From assembly GCA_965213925.1 (NCBI GenBank), contig OZ243927.1, forward strand, positions 3,136,001 through 3,200,000: 64,000 nt of DNA, in the 5' to 3' direction. Under the pieces are notes generated by a model, which saw only the letters and a list, made by a program, of their open reading frames with translations, did not search any database and had not been told where the DNA came from. Source of the stretch: Trueperaceae bacterium. Lineage in GTDB: Bacteria > Deinococcota > Deinococci > Deinococcales > Trueperaceae. Below are positions 30,475 through 40,788 of the stretch, one piece after another; within the stretch, counting starts at the first letter, position 1, and each line of letters begins with the position of its first letter. The translations under genes and the position numbers were made by a program.

Positions 30475-31215
30475 TCAGGCGACGTCGCGTACCTGCATGA
30501 CCTCTTCGAGTTCGATGGGACCATAAGGTTCATTTTGCGTCGCCTGGACCTCGCCCTCTTTGACGAGTTCTAAAAACCCCGCGAAGCTCACGACTTGCGT
30601 CGCCCAATCCGTTTTAGACCAACTCACTGAGACGAGTTCGCGGAAGAAGCCGCGCCCGATGCGTCCTAAGGTCTCACGGAGCTTAGTGGTTGCGTCCGCC
30701 ACGGTTAAGCGCGGCGCACTCAGTTCGAAGTAAGCGGTGCTTCTAAAGCGCGCGGCGACGCCACTAAGCCCCTCCAACTTCACCTTGAGTGGACGCTCAC
30801 GCCGCGTGTAGCTCGGACGGGGCGCTGTCGCGCTCAGCACAAAACGCCGCTCAGCGCGTCGCCTACGCAAAAACGCGATGGCGTCCTCGAACGCCTCTAA
30901 GAGCATCACGGCTTCCAGGACTTCAAGCTCCTCTTCGTCCTCCTCTTTGGGCGGACGCGGCAAGAGCAGACGCACCTTTAGCTCGACGATGCGGGCGAGC
31001 AGCGGGAGGGCTTCGGTGGCGAGGTCTAAGCTCCGCTCAGCGAGACGGTCGTAGTGCCCTAAATATGCCTTCACCAACCCAAAGAGGTCGATTTGCGCAG
31101 GCGTGATACGCTCGGCGCGGAGCGCGTGGGCAAGTTCGCCCAAGGTGCCCGTAAAGTGAGGTTGGGTAACGATGAAGTCCTGAGTATGTTGGTTAAGGTG
31201 AGTGGTATCAGGCAT
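30475..31215 (-). CDS. scpA: Segregation and condensation protein A
   Basis: HFTGTL..L, LARIVELKVRLLLP, C-terminal SFAGFLELVKEGEV..Q.EPYGPI. Confidence 0.8.
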   Translation of the reverse strand: MPDTTHLNQHTQDFIVTQPHFTGTLGELAHALRAERITPAQIDLFGLVKAYLGHYDRLAERSLDLATEALPLLARIVELKVRLLLPRPPKEEDEEELEVLEAVMLLEAFEDAIAFLRRRRAERRFVLSATAPRPSYTRRERPLKVKLEGLSGVAARFRSTAYFELSAPRLTVADATTKLRETLGRIGRGFFRELVSVSWSKTDWATQVVSFAGFLELVKEGEVQATQNEPYGPIELEEVMQVRDVA

Positions 31216-31309
31216 TGAGGTAAGTGTAGCATATGTTTAAGTCCCTCTCCCCCACTGCTCATAATCTTCTACTCGATTTTCACCAGTCCAGTCGTGCTAA
31301 GATAGTCAT

Positions 31310-31567
31310 ATGACTGACCAAGAACGCGGTAACGTGGAAGTCAGTGTAGCCGAAGCAAAGGCTAAACTCAGCGAGATATTGACGCGGGTCGAAGAGGGTG
31401 AAGAGATCACAATTACGCGGCGCGGCAAGCCTGTCGCCACCCTCTCGCCAGCGAAGAAGACCCTCAAACCTTTCCAATCTCGAGCTGAACTCCGGGCGAG
31501 CCAACCTATGGCAAAAACGAGCAGCACCGATATTTTGAGAGCGCTACGTGGCGAGGCGCGTTATTGA
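31310..31567 (+). CDS. Type II antitoxin, Phd/YefM family
   Basis: VSVAEAKAKLSEILTRVEEGEEITITRRGKPVA; overlaps the toxin start. Confidence 0.9.
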   Translation: MTDQERGNVEVSVAEAKAKLSEILTRVEEGEEITITRRGKPVATLSPAKKTLKPFQSRAELRASQPMAKTSSTDILRALRGEARY

Positions 31568-32001
31568 TCTATTTGGACACGAGCTTCGTCGCTCCTTTCT
31601 ATGTCAACGAGATAACGAGCGAGCGTACCGAAGCTCTCTTTTCTGCGAGGTCTGATGACTTTGCTGTCAGCTATTGGCTACGGGTTGAATTTGCAAGTTT
31701 ACTTTCGCGCAAGCGGCGCATGGGTGAGTTTACGCAGCGCATGTCCGAAACGGTTATGGCGGCGTTCGAGGAAGACATGAGAAGGTCCTTTTTGCTTCTC
31801 ACCCCAACGCAGAAAGACTATGAACTCGCCGCAACGTTCATCCTGCGTCAAGGCTCGAGCCTCCGAGGTCCCGACGCGCTGCATCTAGCTGTAGCAGCCA
31901 ACAGCGGCGCAGACGTGGTCTATTCGTTAGACATGGGTCTCATTGTAGAAGCGGAGGCTTTAGGGCTCCCCGCAAGTGACGCGGGTGTCGGTAGCAGATA
32001 G
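31564..32001 (+). CDS. vapC: Type II toxin, VapC PIN-domain ribonuclease
   Basis: IYLDTS, VEFAS, LRGPDALHLA, YSLD. Confidence 0.88.
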   Translation: MIYLDTSFVAPFYVNEITSERTEALFSARSDDFAVSYWLRVEFASLLSRKRRMGEFTQRMSETVMAAFEEDMRRSFLLLTPTQKDYELAATFILRQGSSLRGPDALHLAVAANSGADVVYSLDMGLIVEAEALGLPASDAGVGSR

Positions 32002-32038
32002 CTAGTGATACTGAGGCTCGAGCCCTGAGAGGGTATTC

Positions 32039-33940
32039 ATGCGAAGCCATATTGCAGCGGCGCTATTCTTGCTCACTCTATTTGGCGCAGCGGCGCAAAC
32101 GTCGGAAGAGAATCAGGTTAGGGAGCGGCTCAACCTCAGCTTTGAAAGGGTCGAGGAAGGGCAGCCCGCGCACTGGATAAGCAGCGAGCTGACGAGACCT
32201 TACAGCGTCACCATCACCCACGCGCAGGCGCACGAGGGAGAGCGCAGCGTGGCGTTTCGGTGCGCGGTGACCGAATGCGAAGAGGACAACTTCGGCGTGG
32301 TGGCGCAGCGCATTTCGGCGACGCCTTTTGCAGGTCAAACGCTGCGCTACGCGGGCTACCTCAAAACGGAAGAGGTCGAGGCGGGCTACGCGGGGCTCTG
32401 GCTGCGCGTTGACGGCGAAGTTGCGGGTCGCTCTGAAGTGTTAGCGTTCGACGCTATGAATGACCGAGGCGTCACCGGGACGAGCGGTTGGCAGCGTTAT
32501 GAGGTTGTGCTCGAGGTGCCCGAAGGTGCACAAACCCTCTCTTTCGGCGCACATTTCACGGGCAAGGGACGCGCTTGGGCGGACCACTTAGCGCTTACCA
32601 TTACGGACGACGATACGCAGCAAGAAGCGTCTATCATTGACCTCTTGACCCTCGAGGCGTTTGTCAAAACGGGCGCAGATACACGTTTAGAAACCTCTGC
32701 TGCTGACCTTTTGACCTTCCAACCTGCCGAAGAAGCCTACGCGCCCGCCGAAGTCCTCGCCTGGCTGCGCGAGCATATGATTCCTTTAGAAACCGCCGCG
32801 CCTATCACCTATGATGAAGACCTCGTCCCGCTTAAAGAGATGATCGGCGACGCCCGCGTGGTCGCCCTGGGCGAAGCGACGCATGGCGCGAGCGAGTTCT
32901 TCACCCTCAAGCACCGCCTCGTTCAGTTTTTAGCTGAAGAGATGAACTTCACCGTTTTCTCCATCGAGGCGAACATGCCCGAGGCGTACCGAGTGAACCA
33001 GTACGTGCTGACGGGCGAAGGCGACCCGAAAGAACTCCTACGCGGTATACATAACCTCTCTATTTGGAACACACAAGAGGTCCTGGACCTGATTCTTTGG
33101 ATGCGCGAGTACAACGCCTCAGGGCGAGGCGTTATGCAGTTCACAGGCTTCGATATGCAAACGCCCACGGTGGCGATGAAAGAGGTGCGCGCGTTTGTCG
33201 AAACGCATGACCCCACCTATTTGGCTCAATTAGACTGTGCTTACAAGGTTGTCGAGAACGTGTTCTCGCTACGCGGAGGTCAGGACGCAGAGGCGCGCGA
33301 TTTGAGAGCGTGGCGAGACGCCGCTCGAGCGGTGTTGACGCAACTTACTAATAACCGAGCCGTCTATTCAGACGCGAGTCCGAGCGAACGCGCCTGGGCA
33401 GTGCAGAACGCACGCATCGTCTTGCAAGGTGCCGAGTATAAGCTCGCCAGAAGCGGGGCGTCGCGCGACAGGAGCATGGCGGCGAACGTTATGTGGATTT
33501 TAGCTCAGCATCCCGAAGCCAAGGTCGTTCTCTGGGCGCATAACGCTCACATCAAAGAATGGGGCAGAGAAACCTACATGGGCGAGCGGCTGTCCGACAC
33601 GCTCAGGAATGACTACTTCTCACTCGGCTTTGCTTTCTATGAAGGCGAGTTTCAGGCGGTCCCCCGGGGGGGCGGGACGCCACGACCTCACACCGCGAGT
33701 GCTGCGTCCGCTAGGAGTGTCGAGGGCGTTTTCCATACCCTAAACGCTCCTCTTTTCGCCCTCGATTTGCGTTTAGCGCAGAGAGAAGCGCCCTGGCTTG
33801 CTCTGCCTCAAGATACCCGAACGGGCATAGGATGGATTGCTAACGACTACCAACTCTCCTTTTCAAAGAGGCAACTTCCGAGAGAGTATGACGCTATCAT
33901 CTTCGTCGACCAGATGACGCCGACAGACCTCTTGCGGTGA
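32039..33940 (+). CDS. Exported erythromycin-esterase-family protein with N-terminal carbohydrate-binding-like domain
   Basis: Signal peptide; AGLWLRVDG..GTSGWQRYEVVL; ALGEATHG..EF, GFDMQ, RDRSMA, LWAHNAH. Confidence 0.8.
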   Translation: MRSHIAAALFLLTLFGAAAQTSEENQVRERLNLSFERVEEGQPAHWISSELTRPYSVTITHAQAHEGERSVAFRCAVTECEEDNFGVVAQRISATPFAGQTLRYAGYLKTEEVEAGYAGLWLRVDGEVAGRSEVLAFDAMNDRGVTGTSGWQRYEVVLEVPEGAQTLSFGAHFTGKGRAWADHLALTITDDDTQQEASIIDLLTLEAFVKTGADTRLETSAADLLTFQPAEEAYAPAEVLAWLREHMIPLETAAPITYDEDLVPLKEMIGDARVVALGEATHGASEFFTLKHRLVQFLAEEMNFTVFSIEANMPEAYRVNQYVLTGEGDPKELLRGIHNLSIWNTQEVLDLILWMREYNASGRGVMQFTGFDMQTPTVAMKEVRAFVETHDPTYLAQLDCAYKVVENVFSLRGGQDAEARDLRAWRDAARAVLTQLTNNRAVYSDASPSERAWAVQNARIVLQGAEYKLARSGASRDRSMAANVMWILAQHPEAKVVLWAHNAHIKEWGRETYMGERLSDTLRNDYFSLGFAFYEGEFQAVPRGGGTPRPHTASAASARSVEGVFHTLNAPLFALDLRLAQREAPWLALPQDTRTGIGWIANDYQLSFSKRQLPREYDAIIFVDQMTPTDLLR

Positions 33941-34059
33941 CCTGCGAGCGGTCAGGCTCGAGACTCTGTGTTTAGAGTGACAGCGTTTAGAGTGACAGCA
34001 AGTCTCGAGCTGCGCCGCACCTAATCCTTAGATAACCTTTACGGAGTGACTGAGCAGCT

Positions 34060-34440
34060 ATGCAACCTGAAATTATAGTGGAAGAGCTTATATGGCACGA
34101 TTGTCCAGTAGACAGCATAACGTTTGACACTCGGACACAAATTTTAGACCTGCTTCTTGACCCGAGCGAGGAAATGCTCGAGGCGCTAGGCATGGAGTAT
34201 CCTCAAGCTACCAAGTTTAGAGTTACTTTTTCTGATGTTGATGCTATAGGAACCTCCAATCAGTTCACGTTCTTTGAAGTGCACAAGGATTTATGGGGTG
34301 AGGTGCTACACGCTAATTTTGAAGAAAGGGCTGACCGCAAAATTTGCAACCTTGGAGTGCTGTTCTATCGCGGTGTTGCACAGGTTGGTTATGGCGAAAT
34401 TGCCTTTGAGTATGGTCGTGCCTTCTTAAACCAGATATAG
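34060..34440 (+). CDS. Hypothetical low-GC acidic protein
   Basis: 126-aa ORF, visibly more AT-rich than its neighbours. Confidence 0.55.
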   Translation: MQPEIIVEELIWHDCPVDSITFDTRTQILDLLLDPSEEMLEALGMEYPQATKFRVTFSDVDAIGTSNQFTFFEVHKDLWGEVLHANFEERADRKICNLGVLFYRGVAQVGYGEIAFEYGRAFLNQI

Positions 34441-34533
34441 GGATTAAGATGAAATCTTCCTCCAAACACTAAGAAAAGCGCGGTACACACGAACACCACC
34501 ATGTCTATCCTCACAAAAACCCTATAATAAAGC

Positions 34534-36177
34534 ATGACTAAAAAAGCCTGGCTCAGCGAGAACTACAAAGAGGCGACCGCCAAGTTCCCCGAGCGCGAGT
34601 ACCCTTTTCGCACCCTTTCCGACATCGACGTGGACCCCCTCTACACGCACGACGACCTCGCCGACTTCGACCCAGAAGAAAAACTCGGCTATCCGGGCGA
34701 GTACCCCTACACGAGAGGCGTGCAAGCCTCCATGTACCGGGGCAAGCTCTGGACCATGCGGCAGTTCGCGGGCTTCGGCTCCGCTAAACAGACGAACGAG
34801 CGCTTTAAGAACCTCTTAGACGCTGGGCAAACAGGTCTTTCAACCGCGTTCGACCTCCCTACACTGATGGGCTACGACGCCGACCATCCGTTTAGCAAGG
34901 GCGAGGTCGGCAAAATGGGCGTGGCGGTCTCGTCCTTGGCGGACATGGAAACGCTCTTTGACGGCATCGACCCCGAAGCCATCACGACCTCCATGACCAT
35001 CAACAGCCCCGCCAACGCGATCTGGGCGATGTATCTGGCGATGGCGGAGAAGAAGGGTGCCGACCTTAACAAAGTCGGCGGCACGCTTCAAAACGACATC
35101 TTGAAGGAGTTTACCGCGCAAAAGGAATATATCTTTCCGCCTGCGCCCTCGGTGGAACTCGTCATCGACACCTTCGAGTGGGGACCCAAAAACGTGCCCA
35201 AGTGGAACTTCATCTCCGTTTCGGGCTATCATATCCGCGAGGCGGGCGCGACCTCGGTGCAAGAGCTTGCCTTTACGCTCGCGGACGGAATTCATTATGC
35301 GCGTAAGGCGTTGGAGCGCGGCTTAGACATCGATGAATTCGCCCCGCGCATCTCATTCTTCTTCAACGTCCACAACGACTTCTTTGAAGAAATCGCTAAG
35401 TTCCGCGCCGCACGTCGTATCTGGGCGAAGCAGATGCGCGAGGTCTACGGCGCGAAGAACCCTAAGTCGTGGATGCTCCGCACGCACGCGCAAACCGCTG
35501 GCGTATCTTTAACGGCGCAGCAGCCGCTGGTGAATATCGCTAGGGTTGCGATTCAAGCCCTCGCGGGCGTTTTAGGCGGCACGAACAGCCTCCACACCGA
35601 TTCCTACGACGAAGCTTTAGCCCTGCCTACCGAAGAGGCGGCGCGGATTGCGCTCCGCACCCAACAGGTCATCGCCTACGAGACGGGCGTGACGAACACC
35701 GTTGACCCGCTCGCGGGCTCATACTACTTGGAAACCCTAACGGACGAGATGGAGCGTCAGTGCTTAGCCTACTTCGACCAAATCGACGCATTAGGCGGTG
35801 TCGAAGGCGCGATTGACGCGGGTTTCTTCGCGAAAGAGATCGGCGACGCCTCGTACCAGCAGCAGCGCGAAATCGACAGCAAAGAGCGGCTCATCGTCGG
35901 CATGAACGCCTTTGTGAACGACAGCCCGGAAACGCCACTCTTACCCTTTGATGAAGAGGTCGAGCGAGCGCAACAGGAAAGTTTGGCGCGTATCCGCCAA
36001 GAGCGTGACCCGCAAGCGGCTGAGGACGCACTAGACGCTTTAAGGAACGCTGCTAAGAACAGCGAGAACACCATGCCTGCCTTTATGAAATGCGCCCATG
36101 CGTACTGCACCCTGGGCGAACAGATGGATGTGTTGCGCGAGGTGTACGGGGTGTATGAGGAGCCTGTGCTGATTTGA
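34534..36177 (+). CDS. Methylmalonyl-CoA mutase family, large (substrate-binding) subunit
   Basis: [47 protein letters not shown] 5 nt before the ATG. Confidence 0.93.
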   Translation: MTKKAWLSENYKEATAKFPEREYPFRTLSDIDVDPLYTHDDLADFDPEEKLGYPGEYPYTRGVQASMYRGKLWTMRQFAGFGSAKQTNERFKNLLDAGQTGLSTAFDLPTLMGYDADHPFSKGEVGKMGVAVSSLADMETLFDGIDPEAITTSMTINSPANAIWAMYLAMAEKKGADLNKVGGTLQNDILKEFTAQKEYIFPPAPSVELVIDTFEWGPKNVPKWNFISVSGYHIREAGATSVQELAFTLADGIHYARKALERGLDIDEFAPRISFFFNVHNDFFEEIAKFRAARRIWAKQMREVYGAKNPKSWMLRTHAQTAGVSLTAQQPLVNIARVAIQALAGVLGGTNSLHTDSYDEALALPTEEAARIALRTQQVIAYETGVTNTVDPLAGSYYLETLTDEMERQCLAYFDQIDALGGVEGAIDAGFFAKEIGDASYQQQREIDSKERLIVGMNAFVNDSPETPLLPFDEEVERAQQESLARIRQERDPQAAEDALDALRNAAKNSENTMPAFMKCAHAYCTLGEQMDVLREVYGVYEEPVLI

Positions 36178-36573
36178 CCGATAGCCGAATTCGATACGCT
36201 CATGAGAATGAACTTTAGAAGCGTTATAAGTAGTGGAATCGTTGCTGGCTTGACCATTGTTGTTCTAGGTTTGGCGTGAGTTCCATTCGTCGGTAGCGAC
36301 ATGGATAGGGTGCTGATAGATGCAGGATTACCCGCTTTAAGGGGTGGTGCAACGATCTATTTCGGAATTATGTCCTTGTTGTTGGGAGTTTTCGTTGTTT
36401 GGTTGTACGCAGCAATTCTTCCTCGCCACGGTCCTAGTTTGAAGACAGCCGTAATAGTTTCCTCTGTCATATGGTTTTTCACCTATTTTTGGTCAAATGC
36501 TTCAATGGTGGCTTACGGTTTTATGCCGATTAGAATACCGGTTATCGGTACCTTGTGGGGACTTGTTGCGTTA

Positions 36574-36782
36574 TACGGATTCCGATGATAGCGGGAGCGA
36601 ACTAGCCCCAACGGGCCGCTAGCGGGAACGCGCCACGCGTGACGCTTTGCCCGTTCTAGGGTCCACGCGACTGCGTATCATGCCGTTGTGACGTCGCTCG
36701 TACGGGCTATTCGTTGACGCTACCACCGGCTGAAGGCTCTTCCACTCGGGGTAATTCCTAAAGGAATTACCCGGAAACGGTA
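36574..36782. mobile_element. MITE-like insertion with imperfect terminal inverted repeats
   Basis: Ends TACGGATTCCG / CGGAAACGGTA; removal restores the host reading frame; internal hairpin GTAATTCC-TAAA-GGAATTAC; ATTACCCGGAAACGGTAT recurs at 42127-42144. Confidence 0.7.
36599..36659 (-). mobile_element. 61-bp hairpin micro-element, copy A (nested in the MITE)
   Basis: Exact reverse complement of 41841-41901. Confidence 0.8.
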
Positions 36783-36963
36783 TTAGTTGTAGCAGGTGTA
36801 GTAGGCGCTCGACTATATAAAGATGGATAGCAAACAATAACGCGACCCGTTGCTTCGCATGAACTCGCCGAAGCTCGCCGGTAAACTCACCGTTGGAGTC
36901 ACCTTTGCACCACTGAGCAAAGTACGGCGTCTATCGACCCCAAACCTGCGCTATGATGGCGTT

Positions 36964-37380
36964 ATGGAACAGCATAATATCCGCGTACTCATCGCCAAAC
37001 CGGGCTTAGACGGTCACGACAGAGGCGCAAAAGTTATCGCCCGCGCTCTACGTGACGCAGGCATGGAAGTCATCTACACAGGGCTCCGGCAAACGAGTGA
37101 GATGATTGTCAACGCCGCCGTGCAAGAGGATGTGGATGTGGTGGGGCTCTCCATCCTTTCAGGGGCGCACATGCACTACTTTCAAGAGATTATGGCAGGG
37201 CTTAAAGAAAGAGGCGCAGAAGATATTATCGTCTTCGGCGGCGGCATCGTCCCCGATCAGGATTTGCCTAAGCTCAAAGAGATGGGCGTAGGTGCGATCT
37301 TCACGCCTGGCGCGAATACGCAAGAGGTCGTGAAATATCTGCAGGAGACCGTGCCGGAGAAGCGGGCGCAAGAGGTCTAA
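36964..37380 (+). CDS. Methylmalonyl-CoA mutase family, cobalamin-binding subunit
   Basis: [34 protein letters not shown] 6 nt before ATG 36964. Confidence 0.93.
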   Translation: MEQHNIRVLIAKPGLDGHDRGAKVIARALRDAGMEVIYTGLRQTSEMIVNAAVQEDVDVVGLSILSGAHMHYFQEIMAGLKERGAEDIIVFGGGIVPDQDLPKLKEMGVGAIFTPGANTQEVVKYLQETVPEKRAQEV

Positions 37381-37384
37381 AGGG

Positions 37385-37882
37385 CTAAACTTCGCACGCG
37401 CAGCCATATTCAAACGTTATCTTCACAGGCGACTCGAGCCGCTTTGCGCCGTCCCTGCGATGATGGTAGACGATTCTTGTTTGCGGTTCAAAGATAACTA
37501 CATCCTTGACGCCGAAAGCGAGGTAAAAGCTCGGCGCGAGTTCTAAATCTTTGCGTTCGTAGCCTTCGCTGACGATTTCGATAACGGCTTCAGGAACAAT
37601 CTCTAGTGCGTGCCGCAGCTCAGGTCCAGAGGGTCGGTCGCATAAGACAGCGATGTCGGGGCGTTTCAAAGAGGTGTCGGGAAACTTGAACATAACATCG
37701 GCTAGATGAAAACAGGCACAGTCGCTCTCTTCCTAAGGTCTGATACTCGCCCGAATTCGGTCCACCTCAATCTGGTGTTCAGCTACAGGGCTCGCCTCCC
37801 AGACAGGCAACCCGCGCACGATTTCTAACCGTACGTTGAGCAGGTCGGCCTGCATGATAAGGTCTTCGGGCGGGATGCTCAT
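37385..37882 (-). pseudogene. Uma2-family endonuclease with an in-frame TAG
   Basis: RLEIVRG..EASP..EHQ..IRP*EESDCACFHLADVMFKF..RPDIAV..PEAVIEIVS; the two tracked ORFs share a frame across the stop at 37733-37735. Confidence 0.75.
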
Positions 37883-37910
37883 AGGGGCAGTATAGCAAGG
37901 CGCAGCGTCC

Positions 37911-38666
37911 CTACTGCGCTTGGTCATTAAGCCCCCAATCGTAAGTCATGTACGCCACGTCTAATTCGGGGCTCTCCAAAACCGCCGTCGCCTCTTCGTC
38001 CGCGTAAGAGGTCAAATAAGCCGGAACGGACGCGGCAACCGCCGTAAAGTCCCCTTCGAACCAGTCGAAAATCTTGCTGATGCTGGCGGTGTCTGTCTCC
38101 GCGTTGTAGCGGTTTCTCATCGGGTCATTGACGAAAGATTGAGCTTGCTCGTTGAGTTGTGTCTCGAGCCTGCTGGCTGTATACGCTTCCGTACGGAGTT
38201 CAGGGCAACTCGTCGAAGCGCAGACGATAGCGAAATGGATGCGCGGCTCGTCGAACTCGGCGCGGAGAACCTCGTTCTCGATCTGGTCCAAGCTGTAAGA
38301 GGTCCCGTTCACTTCATGCTTCTCTTCGGTGAAAAAGGAGCGTTCGGGGATGCCCAAAAAATCTCTGGGGCGAATGGATTCGACGGGATAGCGCTCCAAC
38401 ACCTCTCGGAGCGCAAAGGCGTTATAGGCGTTGATCCAAAAAGCTAAGTGTGCCTGTTCGTCCAGGCTCGAGGGGTCAAACGACGCCAAGCTACCAGTGA
38501 GCGTGCGGAGCGCCGAGAGGTCGGCGTTATTCGCCTTCCACGCGGTGTAGTCTACGCGTCCTTCGCTATTTACGTACTTGTTGAGCAAGGTGTCTAGCTG
38601 GGCTTCGTCGTAAGCGAGTGCAAACGAGAGTACGCTAAAAAAGAGTGTGACCAGAAAAAATCTCAT
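37911..38666 (-). CDS. DUF547-type exported protein
   Basis: Signal peptide; AFWINAYNA, SLDQIEN, EPRIHFAIVCAS.SCP, SKIFDWF, YDWGLN. Confidence 0.85.
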   Translation of the reverse strand: MRFFLVTLFFSVLSFALAYDEAQLDTLLNKYVNSEGRVDYTAWKANNADLSALRTLTGSLASFDPSSLDEQAHLAFWINAYNAFALREVLERYPVESIRPRDFLGIPERSFFTEEKHEVNGTSYSLDQIENEVLRAEFDEPRIHFAIVCASTSCPELRTEAYTASRLETQLNEQAQSFVNDPMRNRYNAETDTASISKIFDWFEGDFTAVAASVPAYLTSYADEEATAVLESPELDVAYMTYDWGLNDQAQ

Positions 38667-38724
38667 CCCTCTTTTTAACGCGCTGCGCGGCTAAACTCAG
38701 TTAAACACCCTACTTGACGCAACT

Positions 38725-39840
38725 TTAGAGCTTGCCGAATCTGCTGAGGTGGCGCTCGAGCCTTCCTAAGCTCTCCACATTGTGACCCGGCGCAAAAACA
38801 TCGATATAGGGGAGCGCTGTTTGCATCCCGGCGACAACGGGTTCGTACCCCGGCGCAGCCGCGAGCGGATTGAGCCACACCAGCCGCCGACTCCGCGCTT
38901 GGAGGGTGCGCATGGCTCCGCGTAAGGTCTCTAAGTCGCCCGTATCCCAGCCGTCACTGACGATAACGACCGCCGTTTTAGGACCGAGCAGCGTGCCGTA
39001 GCGCTCAACTAGCTTTTGCAGACACACCCCGATCTTCGTGCCGCCACTACGCCCCGGCATCGCTTGCGCCGCGCTCCGCAGCGCTTCGTCAGGACCGCGG
39101 TGGCGTAAAAACGGCGTGAGGCGGTACAGCTCCGTGCTAAAGCCGAAGACCTCGATCTGTCCGAGCCTGCGCTGCTGCATAAAAGCGTAGGCGAGTTGGA
39201 GCAAGAAGGCATTGTGGGCAAGCATGGAGCCGCTCACGTCGAACACGAAAATGAGGCGCGTTTTGCCCTGCGCGTAACGCTTGTAAATGAGGTTGAGCAT
39301 CTCGCCGTGAGAGAGGCTCCGCCGCACGGAGCGGCGCAGGTCGGCGCGTCTGCCTCTGGTGGTGGGGACGGTGCGCCTCGAGCGCTTTGTTGCCAACCTC
39401 TTGGCGAGTCGCGCCGCCGCGCGGTTAAGTGCTCCCACTTCACTCGTGGGCGGCGCGCTGCCTGCTATCTTAGCCTCGGCGGGGCTGTAACTCATCGTCT
39501 GGAACACCTCATCGCCTTCTTCGTTCTCGGCCCAATCCGACACCGCTGCGCCCTGCGTTTTCTGTTTAGGAGGTTGCGGCGGCGGCAAATCCGTTCTCGC
39601 AATGTCGAGCGAGCCGCCGAAATAGAGGTCGAAGGTTTCGTCGAATTGAGCACGCTCTTTAGGGCTACGCGCGAAGAGGAGACGCAGTGCGGTGTGGACT
39701 TCGGTTTTATCTGTCGGGTTGACTTTCTCTAGGGTTTGCAACGCCAGCGCAACCTCCGCCGCGCCCGCTTTGAAGCCTTGTCCACGCAAGAGGTGAGCAA
39801 AGGTCAAGAGGTTGGCTTCTAGGGTTTCGGGGTACTTCAC
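38725..39840 (-). CDS. CoxE-like VWA-domain protein
   Basis: MIDAS DVSGSM, SGGTKIG, IVSDGWDTG, WLNPL. Confidence 0.85.
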   Translation of the reverse strand: MKYPETLEANLLTFAHLLRGQGFKAGAAEVALALQTLEKVNPTDKTEVHTALRLLFARSPKERAQFDETFDLYFGGSLDIARTDLPPPQPPKQKTQGAAVSDWAENEEGDEVFQTMSYSPAEAKIAGSAPPTSEVGALNRAAARLAKRLATKRSRRTVPTTRGRRADLRRSVRRSLSHGEMLNLIYKRYAQGKTRLIFVFDVSGSMLAHNAFLLQLAYAFMQQRRLGQIEVFGFSTELYRLTPFLRHRGPDEALRSAAQAMPGRSGGTKIGVCLQKLVERYGTLLGPKTAVVIVSDGWDTGDLETLRGAMRTLQARSRRLVWLNPLAAAPGYEPVVAGMQTALPYIDVFAPGHNVESLGRLERHLSRFGKL

Positions 39841-39843
39841 GTT

Positions 39844-40788
39844 TTACTTCAAAGCGAGTTGAAGCTGCCGGTAGGCTTGCTCCAAAGTGAGGGCTTCGTT
39901 GCCGGGCTCGAGCACTACCAAAGCCGCCAAGAGCGCGTCTAACCAGCTCGAGCGAAAGCGCCTTTGGTCTTCACTGTGCTTGAGCAGAGCACTCACCGTC
40001 GTCTGGAGCGAGTCACGGTCAAGCCGCTCGACGTTCATGACCGCCAAAGCCGCTGCCCAGTCCAAACTCTCCGCCACCCCGGGCGGTTTGTCCAGCGTCA
40101 AACGGCGCAGAAGCTGCACCACCGAGACGAGTTGCGCGCTCATCTGCTCGCTCAACCCCGGCACGCTGACCCGGACGATCTGCAATTCTTTATCGAAAGG
40201 CGGATAGTCGATCCAGAGGTACAAGCAGCGCCGCCGCAGCGCGTCCGAAAGCTCGCGGACGCGGTTGCTCGTCAGGATAGTGTGAGGCACCTCTTTCGCG
40301 GTAAGCGTGCCCAACTCGGGGATACTGACCTGCCAGTCGGAGAGGAGTTCGAGTAAAAACGCCTCGAACTCCTCGTCGGCGCGGTCGATCTCGTCAATCA
40401 GTAAAACAGGTGCGGTGTCAGCGCGAATGGCTTTGAGGAGGGGTCGCTGCAGTAAAAAGTCGGCGCTAAAGATTTCGGCTTCGCGCTCGTTTAGGGCTTG
40501 TCCTGCGCCTTCGGTCATGCGGATATGCAAGAGTTGCTTCTGATAGTTCCACTCGTAGATGGCGGTGCTCGAGTCCAGCCCCTCATAGCACTGCAAGCGG
40601 ATGAGTTCAGTCTCTAAGGTCCGCGCCATCGCCAAGGCGATGGCTGTTTTGCCGACGCCCGCCGGTCCCTCGATGAGGAGGGGTCGCCCTAACGCCGCGG
40701 CGAGGTGAATCGCGGTGGCGATCTCCCTGTCCGCGACGTAACCCTGCGCTGCTAAGTTCGCCTGAATCCGCTCGATGTCAGTCTGCAT
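39844..40788 (-). CDS. MoxR-family (CoxD-like) AAA+ ATPase
   Basis: GPAGVGKT, RLQCYEG, YEWNY, LIDEIDRAD, LSDALRRRC. Confidence 0.9.
   Translation of the reverse strand: MQTDIERIQANLAAQGYVADREIATAIHLAAALGRPLLIEGPAGVGKTAIALAMARTLETELIRLQCYEGLDSSTAIYEWNYQKQLLHIRMTEGAGQALNEREAEIFSADFLLQRPLLKAIRADTAPVLLIDEIDRADEEFEAFLLELLSDWQVSIPELGTLTAKEVPHTILTSNRVRELSDALRRRCLYLWIDYPPFDKELQIVRVSVPGLSEQMSAQLVSVVQLLRRLTLDKPPGVAESLDWAAALAVMNVERLDRDSLQTTVSALLKHSEDQRRFRSSWLDALLAALVVLEPGNEALTLEQAYRQLQLALK

Larger units (their letters stand above)
36202..36830 (+). pseudogene. Small membrane protein gene broken by an in-frame TGA (36277) and a 209-bp insertion
   Basis: MRMNFRSVISSGIVAGLTIVVLGLA*VPFVGSDMDRV...WGLVAL then, after removing 36574-36782, LVVAGVVGARLYKDG* in the same frame. 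Confidence 0.75.

Noticed and set aside
32039..33940. Macrolide resistance gene (ere)
   Set aside because: Family membership only; the signal peptide and extra domain differ from characterised cytoplasmic Ere enzymes.
37733..37735. In-frame TAG in the Uma2 gene (and TGA at 36277) as pyrrolysine or selenocysteine recoding
   Set aside because: Neither stop is at an evident catalytic position, no recoding machinery is in the window, and the region holds many ordinary pseudogenes.
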